Shown here piece by piece: positions 27,601-35,353 of a DNA stretch of 52,414 bases. The stretch covers positions 1 to 52,414 of the forward strand of contig JAGGVT010000156.1 in the NCBI GenBank assembly GCA_021157815.1, in the 5' to 3' direction. This DNA comes from a bacterium (GTDB lineage: Bacteria > JAJVIF01 > JAGGVT01). Under the pieces are notes generated by a model. The model made no database searches and was not told where the DNA came from. It saw only the letters and a program-made list of their open reading frames with translations. The translations under genes and the position numbers were made by a program. Within the stretch, counting starts at the first letter, position 1, and every line of letters starts with the position of its first letter.

Positions 27601-29198
27601 CGATGAATCTTTATCTCAACCCGGGATATGACAGTTCCAATATTTCCGTCAGCTTTGAACCTGTCAGCGATTCAGCTCTTAAAATTTCGTTTGTAGAACC
27701 GGGACAACTTGTTGCTCAGGTTGAACCGGAAGAAATAGAAGAACCCAAGGAACCGGAAAATACAATCAAGATTACAGATGAGGATTTCACAATCGAGGAC
27801 CTTGAAAGCGAACCTGCGGAGGAAGCCAAATCGGAAACTACGTTAGTGGCTGGCACAGGCCGTTATCTTGCCGGTTCAAAAGTTGCAGTGGTATCTGAGG
27901 ATGGTTCGGATGGCGAAGGTGCGGCTGAAGAGCCGCTTGTTACGATGGTTATGCAGAATGCGGAAATCGAGGACCTCCTGTTCCTGATAGCGGAGAATAC
28001 AGGCATCGACATCTCGATTGAATCAAGATCTGTAAGAGGCACAATTTCCCTGAAAATAACGAAAAAACCAATTAGTGAAGTGTTTGACCTTATTGCAACA
28101 CAGGGTAATTTTAAATGGAACAACTACAAGGGAACATACATATTCGGTAGTGAGGATTTCATTTGGGATATCCCCGGCGTGATAACACCTCGTGTTATCA
28201 GATTGAAATACGCTGACCCGCTTAGGGTGCGCCAGGTGCTTACTCAGCTTCGACTAGGTGGCGCCAGGTCTGTAACGCTTTATCAGGCCGGGAATATTGG
28301 CAGTTCAAGCGGCAGGGGACAGGTTCCAACCGCGCAGAATGCACTTATTCTCAAGGGTGACACTCAGCAGTTGAGAGCCATGATGGATGTTATCAAGCAG
28401 ATTGACGTTCCGCCGCTTCTGATAAAAGTCAACATGAAAGTTATTGAGTATTCTCTCGCCAATGATAAAAACACCGGATTCAACTGGTCGATAATGCCGC
28501 GAGGCGGATCATCAGGGGGAACCGATAAAGGGTTTATCTCGTTTAGTTTAGCAGAGAAAGCTGATCCGGGAGGTCTGCCGCTGACTTTCCAGGGATTCAA
28601 ACGGCAGTTCCCGTTTGATATAAGCATGATCTACAACTTCCTGGAAGACAAAGGCGATGCTAAACTTCTTGCCGATTCAACATTGACAGTAACCAATGGC
28701 GGTCGCGGTGAGTTCTTTGTCGGTGAAACGGTACCGTATAGAAGCACGTTCCAAGTGTCTGATTTCGGGCGTGTAACACAGCGAGTCCAGCAGGAAAGCG
28801 TTGGTATCAATATGAGTTTCCAGGCTCAGGCATCGGATGACGGCATGATTACGTTGTATATTGACCCGAACATTTCAAACCTGAAAGAGATTACCGATAT
28901 TGGTCCCAGGACGTCCAACAAGACGTTTAAAACGACGATTCGAATACCATCAGGGCAGCCATACGCTATTGGCGGCCTGATTAACGAGAGCGACAGGACA
29001 TCCTATGACAAAATCCCGTTCCTGGGTGATCTTCCGTTGCTTGGCAATTTGTTCAAGGGTAAGAGCAGGAGCGTTCAGAGAAGTGAAATGGTTATTGTGT
29101 TCACGCCTGAAATAGTGCATGATGCGGCAACAAGGAAGTACTCAGATATTTATGATTTCGAGCCTGATGAAGGCGTGGCTTTCAGCCTTAATGATTAA
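24675..29198 (+). CDS. pilQ: Giant PilQ-type secretin with about 5 AMIN domains (true start possibly ATG 24798)
   Basis: Signal peptide; AMIN motifs (NPARLVYDF, FPNRL, YPSRFAIEF, YPVRLSFDF); N0 domain (MQNAEIEDLL), N3 (IRLKYADP); secretin core (VGETVPY, IGGLI, KIPFLGDLPLLGNLFK, EMVIVFTPEIV). Confidence 0.9.
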   Translation: MEFLTRRNMKTIQMPGSLHRAMSVYKNISNRNNKSRGVYHSMSLPNDRRIKAIRNLTGLCILFVVLSFTQASRANPMASTTLDDIRFTTCGEGCIQVIVSGSGELDPGQATYIANPARLVYDFKDTVLGYNDGRTRKFPIEVGDLNTIGISQYKRHPDVVRLVLYFRSGNEKSLRNTILASNDDGKLVMTYSLDGTMPGVEKIPGDSNGLIDKLLHQRMGPERDRFDLHGDIAFEDPVVRFVKGGLIINLKGIQFKVPAESGNNMQVPVSGALIDEIQVVNQPDGATLFLRIKDSARTYLVDYEIDRNDSMSLGLEVHRSYQSDSGKELAIPKPKPVTSSDGKVTGMVYVLGSSMEKGDSVDASGVSRIIRIQYQPLSIGERFIIEATGDFNPSFQKLGFPNRLNMRSDNTTVILPREADDKFQVRIEGAMSKLMKVFLKDHDGTPESVIQFYYEIEENEDIQYDLYITDTENVYYLDLIPIAMSYSATPPVKVDIPLKPEQAPIDLKPVVTIPVEPVKAEKVETVEAETVEPEVEPVEDDVVSFNIPNETEYESVVSIPISPDKIEETAEPAEPVMPIEPEIEKEPEVVVEKPVESIVEIEKNCEAAPEPVKAAPVETSPVRIEFVKLDNFDRFIISSDTPIDEYNHNELNYPSRFAIEFPGRSIDFNALESGKSRYIQGNATESVRIIARDLPVQKSVFYIFLNGKWDETDCEISGSPNRIVIDVRSLASQIEEQIDETITEPTPAFFEPDIIEVEPEPEPVVEIPKVVNPEVVKPVTVATVEPEEEESRSMSFLLDDVELDKDDAIEEVIIEAPVVEVIEEEPIEEEVAPLVEDEPIQEAIVEEEDDFIEIKVSETKEEKPEETQVAALYHKTDAFPLKKGEIKKADICINSIKLNGGTGLGQIIVYTDGGRIPEPDVKWWNYPVRLSFDFDDIGVDLNGVDPTKWSSDIDSTVISRIQVDQHSGGRVPLGASMNLYLNPGYDSSNISVSFEPVSDSALKISFVEPGQLVAQVEPEEIEEPKEPENTIKITDEDFTIEDLESEPAEEAKSETTLVAGTGRYLAGSKVAVVSEDGSDGEGAAEEPLVTMVMQNAEIEDLLFLIAENTGIDISIESRSVRGTISLKITKKPISEVFDLIATQGNFKWNNYKGTYIFGSEDFIWDIPGVITPRVIRLKYADPLRVRQVLTQLRLGGARSVTLYQAGNIGSSSGRGQVPTAQNALILKGDTQQLRAMMDVIKQIDVPPLLIKVNMKVIEYSLANDKNTGFNWSIMPRGGSSGGTDKGFISFSLAEKADPGGLPLTFQGFKRQFPFDISMIYNFLEDKGDAKLLADSTLTVTNGGRGEFFVGETVPYRSTFQVSDFGRVTQRVQQESVGINMSFQAQASDDGMITLYIDPNISNLKEITDIGPRTSNKTFKTTIRIPSGQPYAIGGLINESDRTSYDKIPFLGDLPLLGNLFKGKSRSVQRSEMVIVFTPEIVHDAATRKYSDIYDFEPDEGVAFSLND

Positions 29199-29237
29199 TA
29201 GATTATATTCAGATATCTTATTATCTGGAGGAATGAA

Positions 29238-29825
29238 TTGAAAATGCGAATAATAAATATGGTGATGGTTCTATTGGTTCTGATTGCTTTGACAGGATGT
29301 GAAGCGATCACTGGCAACAAAGGCGGACCACCTAACCCGTATTATTTCGAAATGAAGGGTTCGTGTGGTGGTGATGTTGTTACATTAGATGGACCTTTAA
29401 TCGGCACGAAGACTTTCATGTATATTGATTTTGAAACAGGCAATGTGAATGATGAATTCGACATTTCCATATTGATTGACTCTCCTTCTGTGCCGGCGGC
29501 GGATAGACCCATTCCATTGATTGATACTGTTGTCTTCAGAACTATTAGTACGAAACCGCATTCAGCCAATGGTGTCAAACGAGCTGAATTTTATTTGTAC
29601 GCGCCATGTTTCAGTGATGGCCCTTACTCGATCACTTTTGTTATTACTGATCCTCATGGTGACAGCGGAACTTTCTTTGCCGGGTTTACCATCGGTGAAT
29701 CATGTATGTTTGCAAGTGATCCATGCAAGTGTGTAACTCAGTGCGGAGAGTGCACGTTGTTACGCTACAAGTTGAGTGATCGATGCTATTGTAATTGTCC
29801 GTTATGGAATGAGAAATGTGAGTAA
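29238..29825 (+). CDS. Lipoprotein with Cys-rich C-terminus
   Basis: Lipobox LIALTG|C; C-terminal SCMFASDPCKCVTQCGECTLLRYKLSDRCYCNCPLWNEKCE; GGAGG RBS. Confidence 0.7.
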   Translation: MKMRIINMVMVLLVLIALTGCEAITGNKGGPPNPYYFEMKGSCGGDVVTLDGPLIGTKTFMYIDFETGNVNDEFDISILIDSPSVPAADRPIPLIDTVVFRTISTKPHSANGVKRAEFYLYAPCFSDGPYSITFVITDPHGDSGTFFAGFTIGESCMFASDPCKCVTQCGECTLLRYKLSDRCYCNCPLWNEKCE

Positions 29826-29876
29826 ATTTAATAAAATTACTTTGAACCTATTATCCCTTCGAGGAGATAAGAGTAT

Positions 29877-30857
29877 ATGATTAAGAAAACCATACTTGGA
29901 ATAATTTTATCGGGAATCCTGATTTTTCCCGCGTATGCACATGACTGTGCCCAACCTTCTGATTCGGGCAGTTCCTGTCACGGAGATAAAGCCATTTCAA
30001 ATCATGCGCCCATGCAGGACTGGATGATGCATGCTATTATGCCGTCAAATCCGCTTGATGCGGAAGCCAAGGAATTCATCGCTTCAGATGTCAAGAGGAT
30101 TGCCATTCTGCCATTCAGCGACTATTCATCCATATCGCCGCTGCCATCCGAATCAGGCACGTATTGGGCATCCAGGCGTATCCATGATTTCATGAGCGCT
30201 GAATTTATCAAGATGGGGAAACTGGTTGTTCCTTATGACGTGATGTCAGCCGCACTTGCTGAAATCCGTGGGGAGAAAGCCGCTGAACTTACAGGCATGG
30301 CTTTCCTGCAAAACCAGATGACGGACCTGGCGATATCCGGTGAAGCGCAGAAAACTGTTGCTGAGGTGATGGTCAAAGGCGGACAGGTTAGCGCCGCGTC
30401 GGGTGTTTATTCACTTGACCTTACAGCGGATGAGATTGTCCTGCTTGGAAAAGTTCTCAACGTGGATGCGGTATTCATGGGCAGTATCAGTGATTACGGA
30501 ACTGATGAATATATCAAAGCTGATGCCCGCACTTTCATCCCGCCATTCCTGGGGGTGTGGAATCCAACTCAAAAAGCCCAGATTCGAATGCTTGTATATT
30601 TGTACGAGACTGGAAATGGCCAGTTGATATGGGCTTCGATGGAGGAAACATCCTACGAGCCAACTTTCCCCTTGTTATCAAGCGCGAACAAGAACTATGA
30701 GAAACTGAACCGGCGCCTTGCGGAAAATATAGTGAATCATTTCAGGGATGTTTTTCTGAACATGAAGTTTACTGGCAGATTCAAACCATCTCCAACAGGT
30801 GGACCCGGTACAGTCAGGCGGGAGAAGGATATCAGGATTATTATGAAACAGAAATGA
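29877..30857 (+). CDS. Exported protein, CsgG/LpoB/GNA1162-like fold
   Basis: Signal peptide AYA|H; KRIAILPF, LGKVLNVDAVFMGSISDYG, LYETGNGQLIWA motifs. Confidence 0.6.
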   Translation: MIKKTILGIILSGILIFPAYAHDCAQPSDSGSSCHGDKAISNHAPMQDWMMHAIMPSNPLDAEAKEFIASDVKRIAILPFSDYSSISPLPSESGTYWASRRIHDFMSAEFIKMGKLVVPYDVMSAALAEIRGEKAAELTGMAFLQNQMTDLAISGEAQKTVAEVMVKGGQVSAASGVYSLDLTADEIVLLGKVLNVDAVFMGSISDYGTDEYIKADARTFIPPFLGVWNPTQKAQIRMLVYLYETGNGQLIWASMEETSYEPTFPLLSSANKNYEKLNRRLAENIVNHFRDVFLNMKFTGRFKPSPTGGPGTVRREKDIRIIMKQK

Positions 30858-30886
30858 TATCTTTGCGTTTATAACCATGAAATCTT

Positions 30887-30917
30887 AAGGGGAGCATTCG
30901 CTCCTCTTTTTTCTTTT
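30887..30917 (+). terminator. Rho-independent terminator of the pil operon
   Basis: AAGGGGAGC-ATTC-GCTCCTCTT followed by a T-run. Confidence 0.7.
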
Positions 30918-31084
30918 GCAGTCAGCAGGTCGGGATTATATGTCAGAACTTAAAGCATACTCAGAGGTCTTTGCGTTCAGTAGCGTGATTGCGTTTTTCG
31001 CGTTTCTGATTGTGAGGGCATACATGCTGTATCTTCAGGTGCACTCGGCGCTTAACATGTCGTTTTGAATGAATCCAGGATTTA

Positions 31085-31194
31085 ATGTAACCCGGCATCC
31101 CTTTGCCGGGGAAACAGATGGCTATCTCGTGCAAAGCCGCGGTAAAAAGAAACCGCGGTAAAAAGAAACCGCGGTAAAAAGAAACCGGATTACA
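31085..31194. repeat. REP-like doublet with internal 3x16-bp tandem expansion
   Basis: ATGTAACCCGGCATCCCTTTGCCGGGGAAAC...GGCTATCTC..GCAAA then (CCGCGGTAAAAAGAAA)x3 at 31137-31184, then CCGGATTACA. Confidence 0.8.
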
Positions 31195-31429
31195 ATTAAA
31201 TGTGTTAAGAGACAGTTGGATTTAATGAATTGGTTTTCGGTATGATTAACCGGATTAGTTGTTATGATGCATTTTTACTGGCTGAATCATGATAATATAT
31301 TCCACAATAGCCTTGAATAATGGTAAACTGAATATAAATTACAATTTGTTTTGTGAGAATTATTCCGGGGGAGATTTTATTAATACCTGCAAGGGGTAAT
31401 GCATAAATAATCCCGGAAGGTGATGGGGA

Positions 31430-32647
31430 ATGATTAAGATCAAATATGTAATCGCTGATGGCAGTTCATTCGAGGCGATAACGCAAAGGGTGCATCATCT
31501 CGCCGGAAAACTATCCAAGGACGAGTATGTCCTTTACATAGAGGAACCGGGAAACATAGTATCGGTTTTCCTCAGCCAGGAAAAACCGATATCGAACTTA
31601 TGGCGATGGAAAGAGGGGCTGCGTCTTGTGCGCAAGAATACCTATGTTTTCACGCCGCCGGTGATGCTGCCGTTTGGCTATATCCTCCCGTCAGTCAATG
31701 CTTTCAATCATTTTATTCAAGGGCTTTTCCTTCGGCTTTTTCTCAAGGGCATTGACTTGTCCAACGCGACTGTCATTGTGCCGAACATACTGGGGAAAGC
31801 GTGGCGGCATTTCTTCTTGAAATCACCAATGGTTTATGACTGCTGCGATGAAATCACCGAATTCAAGATTCCATCGATGAGGAGGGATGTTGTAAAACGC
31901 GAGGAGATAGACCTGATGCACGATTCGGATCTCGTTGTTGTCTCCTCTCAACTTCTCTATGAAAAGAAGCGAATATACAACAACAACATGGAGGTTATCC
32001 GTAACGGATGCGAGTATGAATTCTTCGCTCGCACGGAGGAACTTCGCGATTCCGAACCGCCGGCTGATATCGCGAATATCAAACGGCTGGGGCCTGTAAT
32101 CGGGTTCTTCGGCAATATAAGCACATGGTTTGATATTGATATCATTTCAGGCATTTTAAATAAACACAACAAATGGCAGATTGTGTTAATTGGGCCGGTG
32201 TTCATTTCGAAAGAGCGTTTGAAAGCGTTCCCGAATTGCCATTTTCTTGGCAAGAAACCATATAGTGAACTGCCGCGTTATCTTGCGCATTTCGACTGCG
32301 GGATTATTCCATTCATGCAGAACGAACTGACTAAATATGTCAATCCTGTCAAAGCTTATGAGTATCTTGCTGGAGGGGTTGGCGTAGTCGGAACGCCGCT
32401 TGATGAATATAAATACTTTGATAATCATGTTATTCAGGCGGACTCGGCAGACGGATTCGTGAAAGCAATCGAGCAAGTTATGAGACAGAATTACCGTGAG
32501 GCGCGCGCCAGGAGAATGGAATTCGCAAAGAAGAACGACTGGCAGGAACGTCTGGATGGATACGTTAAGCTAATCACTGCAGCTGAAAAAGAGCATGCCG
32601 GGAAACTGTCGATGCTCTCCAACGCGGCGTCAACTCTGGCGGAATAA
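31430..32647 (+). CDS. Glycosyltransferase, GT4-like (TuaH-like)
   Basis: QRVHHLA, VYDCCDE, IRNGCEY, IGFFGNI, LGKKPYSELPRYL, NPVKAYEYLAGG. Confidence 0.85.
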   Translation: MIKIKYVIADGSSFEAITQRVHHLAGKLSKDEYVLYIEEPGNIVSVFLSQEKPISNLWRWKEGLRLVRKNTYVFTPPVMLPFGYILPSVNAFNHFIQGLFLRLFLKGIDLSNATVIVPNILGKAWRHFFLKSPMVYDCCDEITEFKIPSMRRDVVKREEIDLMHDSDLVVVSSQLLYEKKRIYNNNMEVIRNGCEYEFFARTEELRDSEPPADIANIKRLGPVIGFFGNISTWFDIDIISGILNKHNKWQIVLIGPVFISKERLKAFPNCHFLGKKPYSELPRYLAHFDCGIIPFMQNELTKYVNPVKAYEYLAGGVGVVGTPLDEYKYFDNHVIQADSADGFVKAIEQVMRQNYREARARRMEFAKKNDWQERLDGYVKLITAAEKEHAGKLSMLSNAASTLAE

Positions 32648-32710
32648 CGCATCAAGTTGAATAATACGTCATTCCCGAGAAAGGCTCTATTGAAAAAACT
32701 TAGGTATTTA

Positions 32711-32788
32711 ATGTAGCCCGGCATCCCTTTGCCGGGGAAACATGAGGCTATCTCACGCAAAACCCCGGTGAAGGGACACCGGGTTACT
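32711..32788. repeat. REP-like doublet (GTAR-CCCGG family)
   Basis: ATGTAGCCCGGCATCCCTTTGCCGGGGAAAC...GGCTATCTC..GCAAAACCCCGGTGAAGGGACACCGGGTTAC; between convergent genes. Confidence 0.8.
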
Positions 32789-32828
32789 ATTAGTGGCAGT
32801 TGAAAAAAACTTTTTCAGAAACGACTGA

Positions 32829-33695
32829 CTAATTGCTGTACTCAGGAGGGTTGTTTTTATTATGAAGGTCCCGATTTATTCTCTTTATCTCACTCGCGTG
32901 TTTGCGATGGAAAATCCGGTATGATTTTATCTGAATCAAGGTCATCTTTGAAAGAGGGTTTTTCTTTGTGAGGCGCTGGTGATGATGTATAAAAACTATT
33001 CGTGGAAAGTAAACCACTTTCCTGCCGCTTCTAATCACTCTAGCGCAGAAATCGGAATCCTCGTAACCGTAGAACATGCTTTCATCGAGATAGCCGATTT
33101 CATCCAGAAGGCCGCGATGAAAAAACTGGCTCGCGCCTGAAACAAAACCCGCCTCCCTTAGGGACATAGGGTCAAAATCCCTCATGCGGTGGCGTCTGAA
33201 TGTAAGCGATTCCCTGACGCGGTCGGAGCCGTCAAGACGGTTTACAACAAGGTCCATCGGTGTCGGCAGTGTTCGCCCCGTGTCCTGAAGATCGCCAGCC
33301 GGGTAGTAGAGCCTGAATCCAACCATACCGACATCGGGATTCGCTTTAAGGTATTTGACAGCCTCGTAAAAATCACCCTCGCGGTACTCGCAATCGGCAT
33401 CCACGATGTAAATGTAATTCCCCAGGCAATTTTTCAACGCCTGATTTCTAGCCAGCGCGACACCGTTGTTGGTGTCGTTTTCAATCAGGATGACATCGCT
33501 GTAATCGGATTTCAGCATCTCGATTGTGCCGTCAGTCGAGGCGTTGTCAACAAACACGATTTCATGCGGAATGTTTCGCAGGGGCTTTTTAAGAGAATCC
33601 AGCAGGCGTTTAACGTGTTCGCGGCAATTCATCGCGATTACAGCGACACTTATTTCCGGTGTTTGGAATATATCTTTTTCTATTTCCATATCCAC
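32829..33695 (-). CDS. Glycosyltransferase family 2
   Basis: VDNASTDGT, NNGVALARN, VDAD, GYLDESMFYGYEDSDFC. Confidence 0.9.
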   Translation of the reverse strand: MDMEIEKDIFQTPEISVAVIAMNCREHVKRLLDSLKKPLRNIPHEIVFVDNASTDGTIEMLKSDYSDVILIENDTNNGVALARNQALKNCLGNYIYIVDADCEYREGDFYEAVKYLKANPDVGMVGFRLYYPAGDLQDTGRTLPTPMDLVVNRLDGSDRVRESLTFRRHRMRDFDPMSLREAGFVSGASQFFHRGLLDEIGYLDESMFYGYEDSDFCARVIRSGRKVVYFPRIVFIHHHQRLTKKNPLSKMTLIQIKSYRIFHRKHASEIKRINRDLHNKNNPPEYSN

Positions 33696-35185
33696 CCAAG
33701 CTTTTTGAAAAACGTTCTCACTGTCTTAATAAAATCGACCGGATTTCTCAGGCGATGAAGCTGTCTGAGGAAAAATCTTGGCCGGAAGAAGAACGTGCGA
33801 TTCGCCCAGCGGAGCATTTCATCCATGTCATCCCGCGTGAAATGCGGGTATTCCATGACCCATTCGCGCTGTGAATCGGAGGGGTAATAATCGCCTTTAA
33901 CGAACCACCCGTTTTCCTTTGCCAGTGTGTAAAAAACTGTTCCGGGAAATGGATTTGTCGCGCCGACCATGATGCTGTCAACGTCGAGTTCAATCGCGCG
34001 TTTGATAGTGTGCCTGATTGTTTCCTTCGTTTCAAGCGGCGATGAGCCAATCAGGATATTCGCCTTGATAAACACATTGTGTTTTCGAAGCAGTTTGATT
34101 GCGTTCTCTGTCTGCTCAACAGAAACGCCTTTTTTGATATATTCAAGAATTGCGGGATTAAACGATTCAACGCCAATATCAACAAATTTGCAGTTGGTCT
34201 CGGACAGGATTTTCGCGATTGGTTCGGTGACCATATCAGCGCGAGCAAGGCAACCCCAGGCGAGATTGTGTTTCTTGAAAGCCTCGGCAATTGCCCGTGT
34301 GCGTTCTTCTCCCCATAAAAACTGGTCATCTATAATGCTGACAGCCTTGTAGCCGTCCTTTGCAATCTGCTCAATTTCCTCTATGACATTTTCCACCGAC
34401 CTCATTCGAACGGGCGGTTTGTTTTCGTTTGTCTTTTTATATTCCAATTCTCTTGCGAAACTAAGTGAGCAGGGTACGCAGTATATGCACTTTGCGGTGC
34501 ATCCGCGGCTGGTCAGCATGACAGTTACAGGCGATACGCCAAACTTGGGCGAGAAATATTTCGATGCATCCACAAGATGCCGTGCCGGATGATTCAGCGC
34601 GTCCAGGTTTTCAATCACGCCGCCGGTAGGGTAATTCTCAACCTTGCCGTTGAGTTTTGCCGAGATACCGGGGATCGCGGTTTGAATGTCGAACATGTCT
34701 CGGTCTGATTTTCCGCTAAGCGTATTGATAATGTCCACGCAGGAAAGTTCCGGCTCGCCTCTGATTACAAAAGTTCTGTCATCAACAAGGAAAAAATCAG
34801 GATCATCGGTCGGAGCGGGACCTGAATAAATCACGGGAACATCAGGATTTATCTCCCGGAGTATTGCGTGAGCGTTGATATCCATTTCCTTTGCGAGCAG
34901 GGTTGAGTAAACAACGTAAGCCGCAGACTTGTCATTTTTCAAATAATCGCGATACTGCTCTTCAGACCATTTCTCAATTGGTACATCCATTATTTTTACT
35001 TCGTAGCCGGCCGCTTCAAGTTCGCTCGCTGTGTACAGCACGAAGATATTGGGCATGGGGTACAGTCCATAGTTGCATCCGAAAATGCGTTCTACGGCTC
35101 GTTTGCCGTTCGGGACATAAGGTGTCAGCATTGTAACGCGGGTCATAACAGGCAATAGTTTATTAAGCTGTTTTAATGGTGTCAA
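33680..35185 (-). CDS. B12-binding-domain radical SAM protein (HpnJ/BchE-like)
   Basis: TSRGCTAKCIYC CxxxCxxC, VIRGEPE, RSVENVIEEI, GVESFN, PFPGT. Confidence 0.85.
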   Translation of the reverse strand: MTPLKQLNKLLPVMTRVTMLTPYVPNGKRAVERIFGCNYGLYPMPNIFVLYTASELEAAGYEVKIMDVPIEKWSEEQYRDYLKNDKSAAYVVYSTLLAKEMDINAHAILREINPDVPVIYSGPAPTDDPDFFLVDDRTFVIRGEPELSCVDIINTLSGKSDRDMFDIQTAIPGISAKLNGKVENYPTGGVIENLDALNHPARHLVDASKYFSPKFGVSPVTVMLTSRGCTAKCIYCVPCSLSFARELEYKKTNENKPPVRMRSVENVIEEIEQIAKDGYKAVSIIDDQFLWGEERTRAIAEAFKKHNLAWGCLARADMVTEPIAKILSETNCKFVDIGVESFNPAILEYIKKGVSVEQTENAIKLLRKHNVFIKANILIGSSPLETKETIRHTIKRAIELDVDSIMVGATNPFPGTVFYTLAKENGWFVKGDYYPSDSQREWVMEYPHFTRDDMDEMLRWANRTFFFRPRFFLRQLHRLRNPVDFIKTVRTFFKKLGWIWK

Positions 35186-35234
35186 GCATCATTGTGAAAC
35201 AGCAGCGATTATTTTTTAGATGATTTAAGCCTGC

Positions 35235-35262
35235 TTGACAATCAGCCTGAAATGAATAAAAT
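35235..35262 (+). promoter_or_regulatory. Sigma70-type promoter for kbl
   Basis: TTGACA-N16-TAAAAT. Confidence 0.45.
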
Positions 35263-35353
35263 TGCTGCGCGGCATAAGCGGATTTCATTGTCACGTTTTC
35301 CCGCTGTTATTCAGGTTAAAATACGCATAATTGACTTCGTCGGAGGTTATCAA

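Noticed and set aside
31085-31150. c-di-GMP-I riboswitch suggested by GCAAAGCC
   Set aside because: Lacks the GGCAAAC...GAAA...GACGCAAA architecture; the sequence is explained by the REP family
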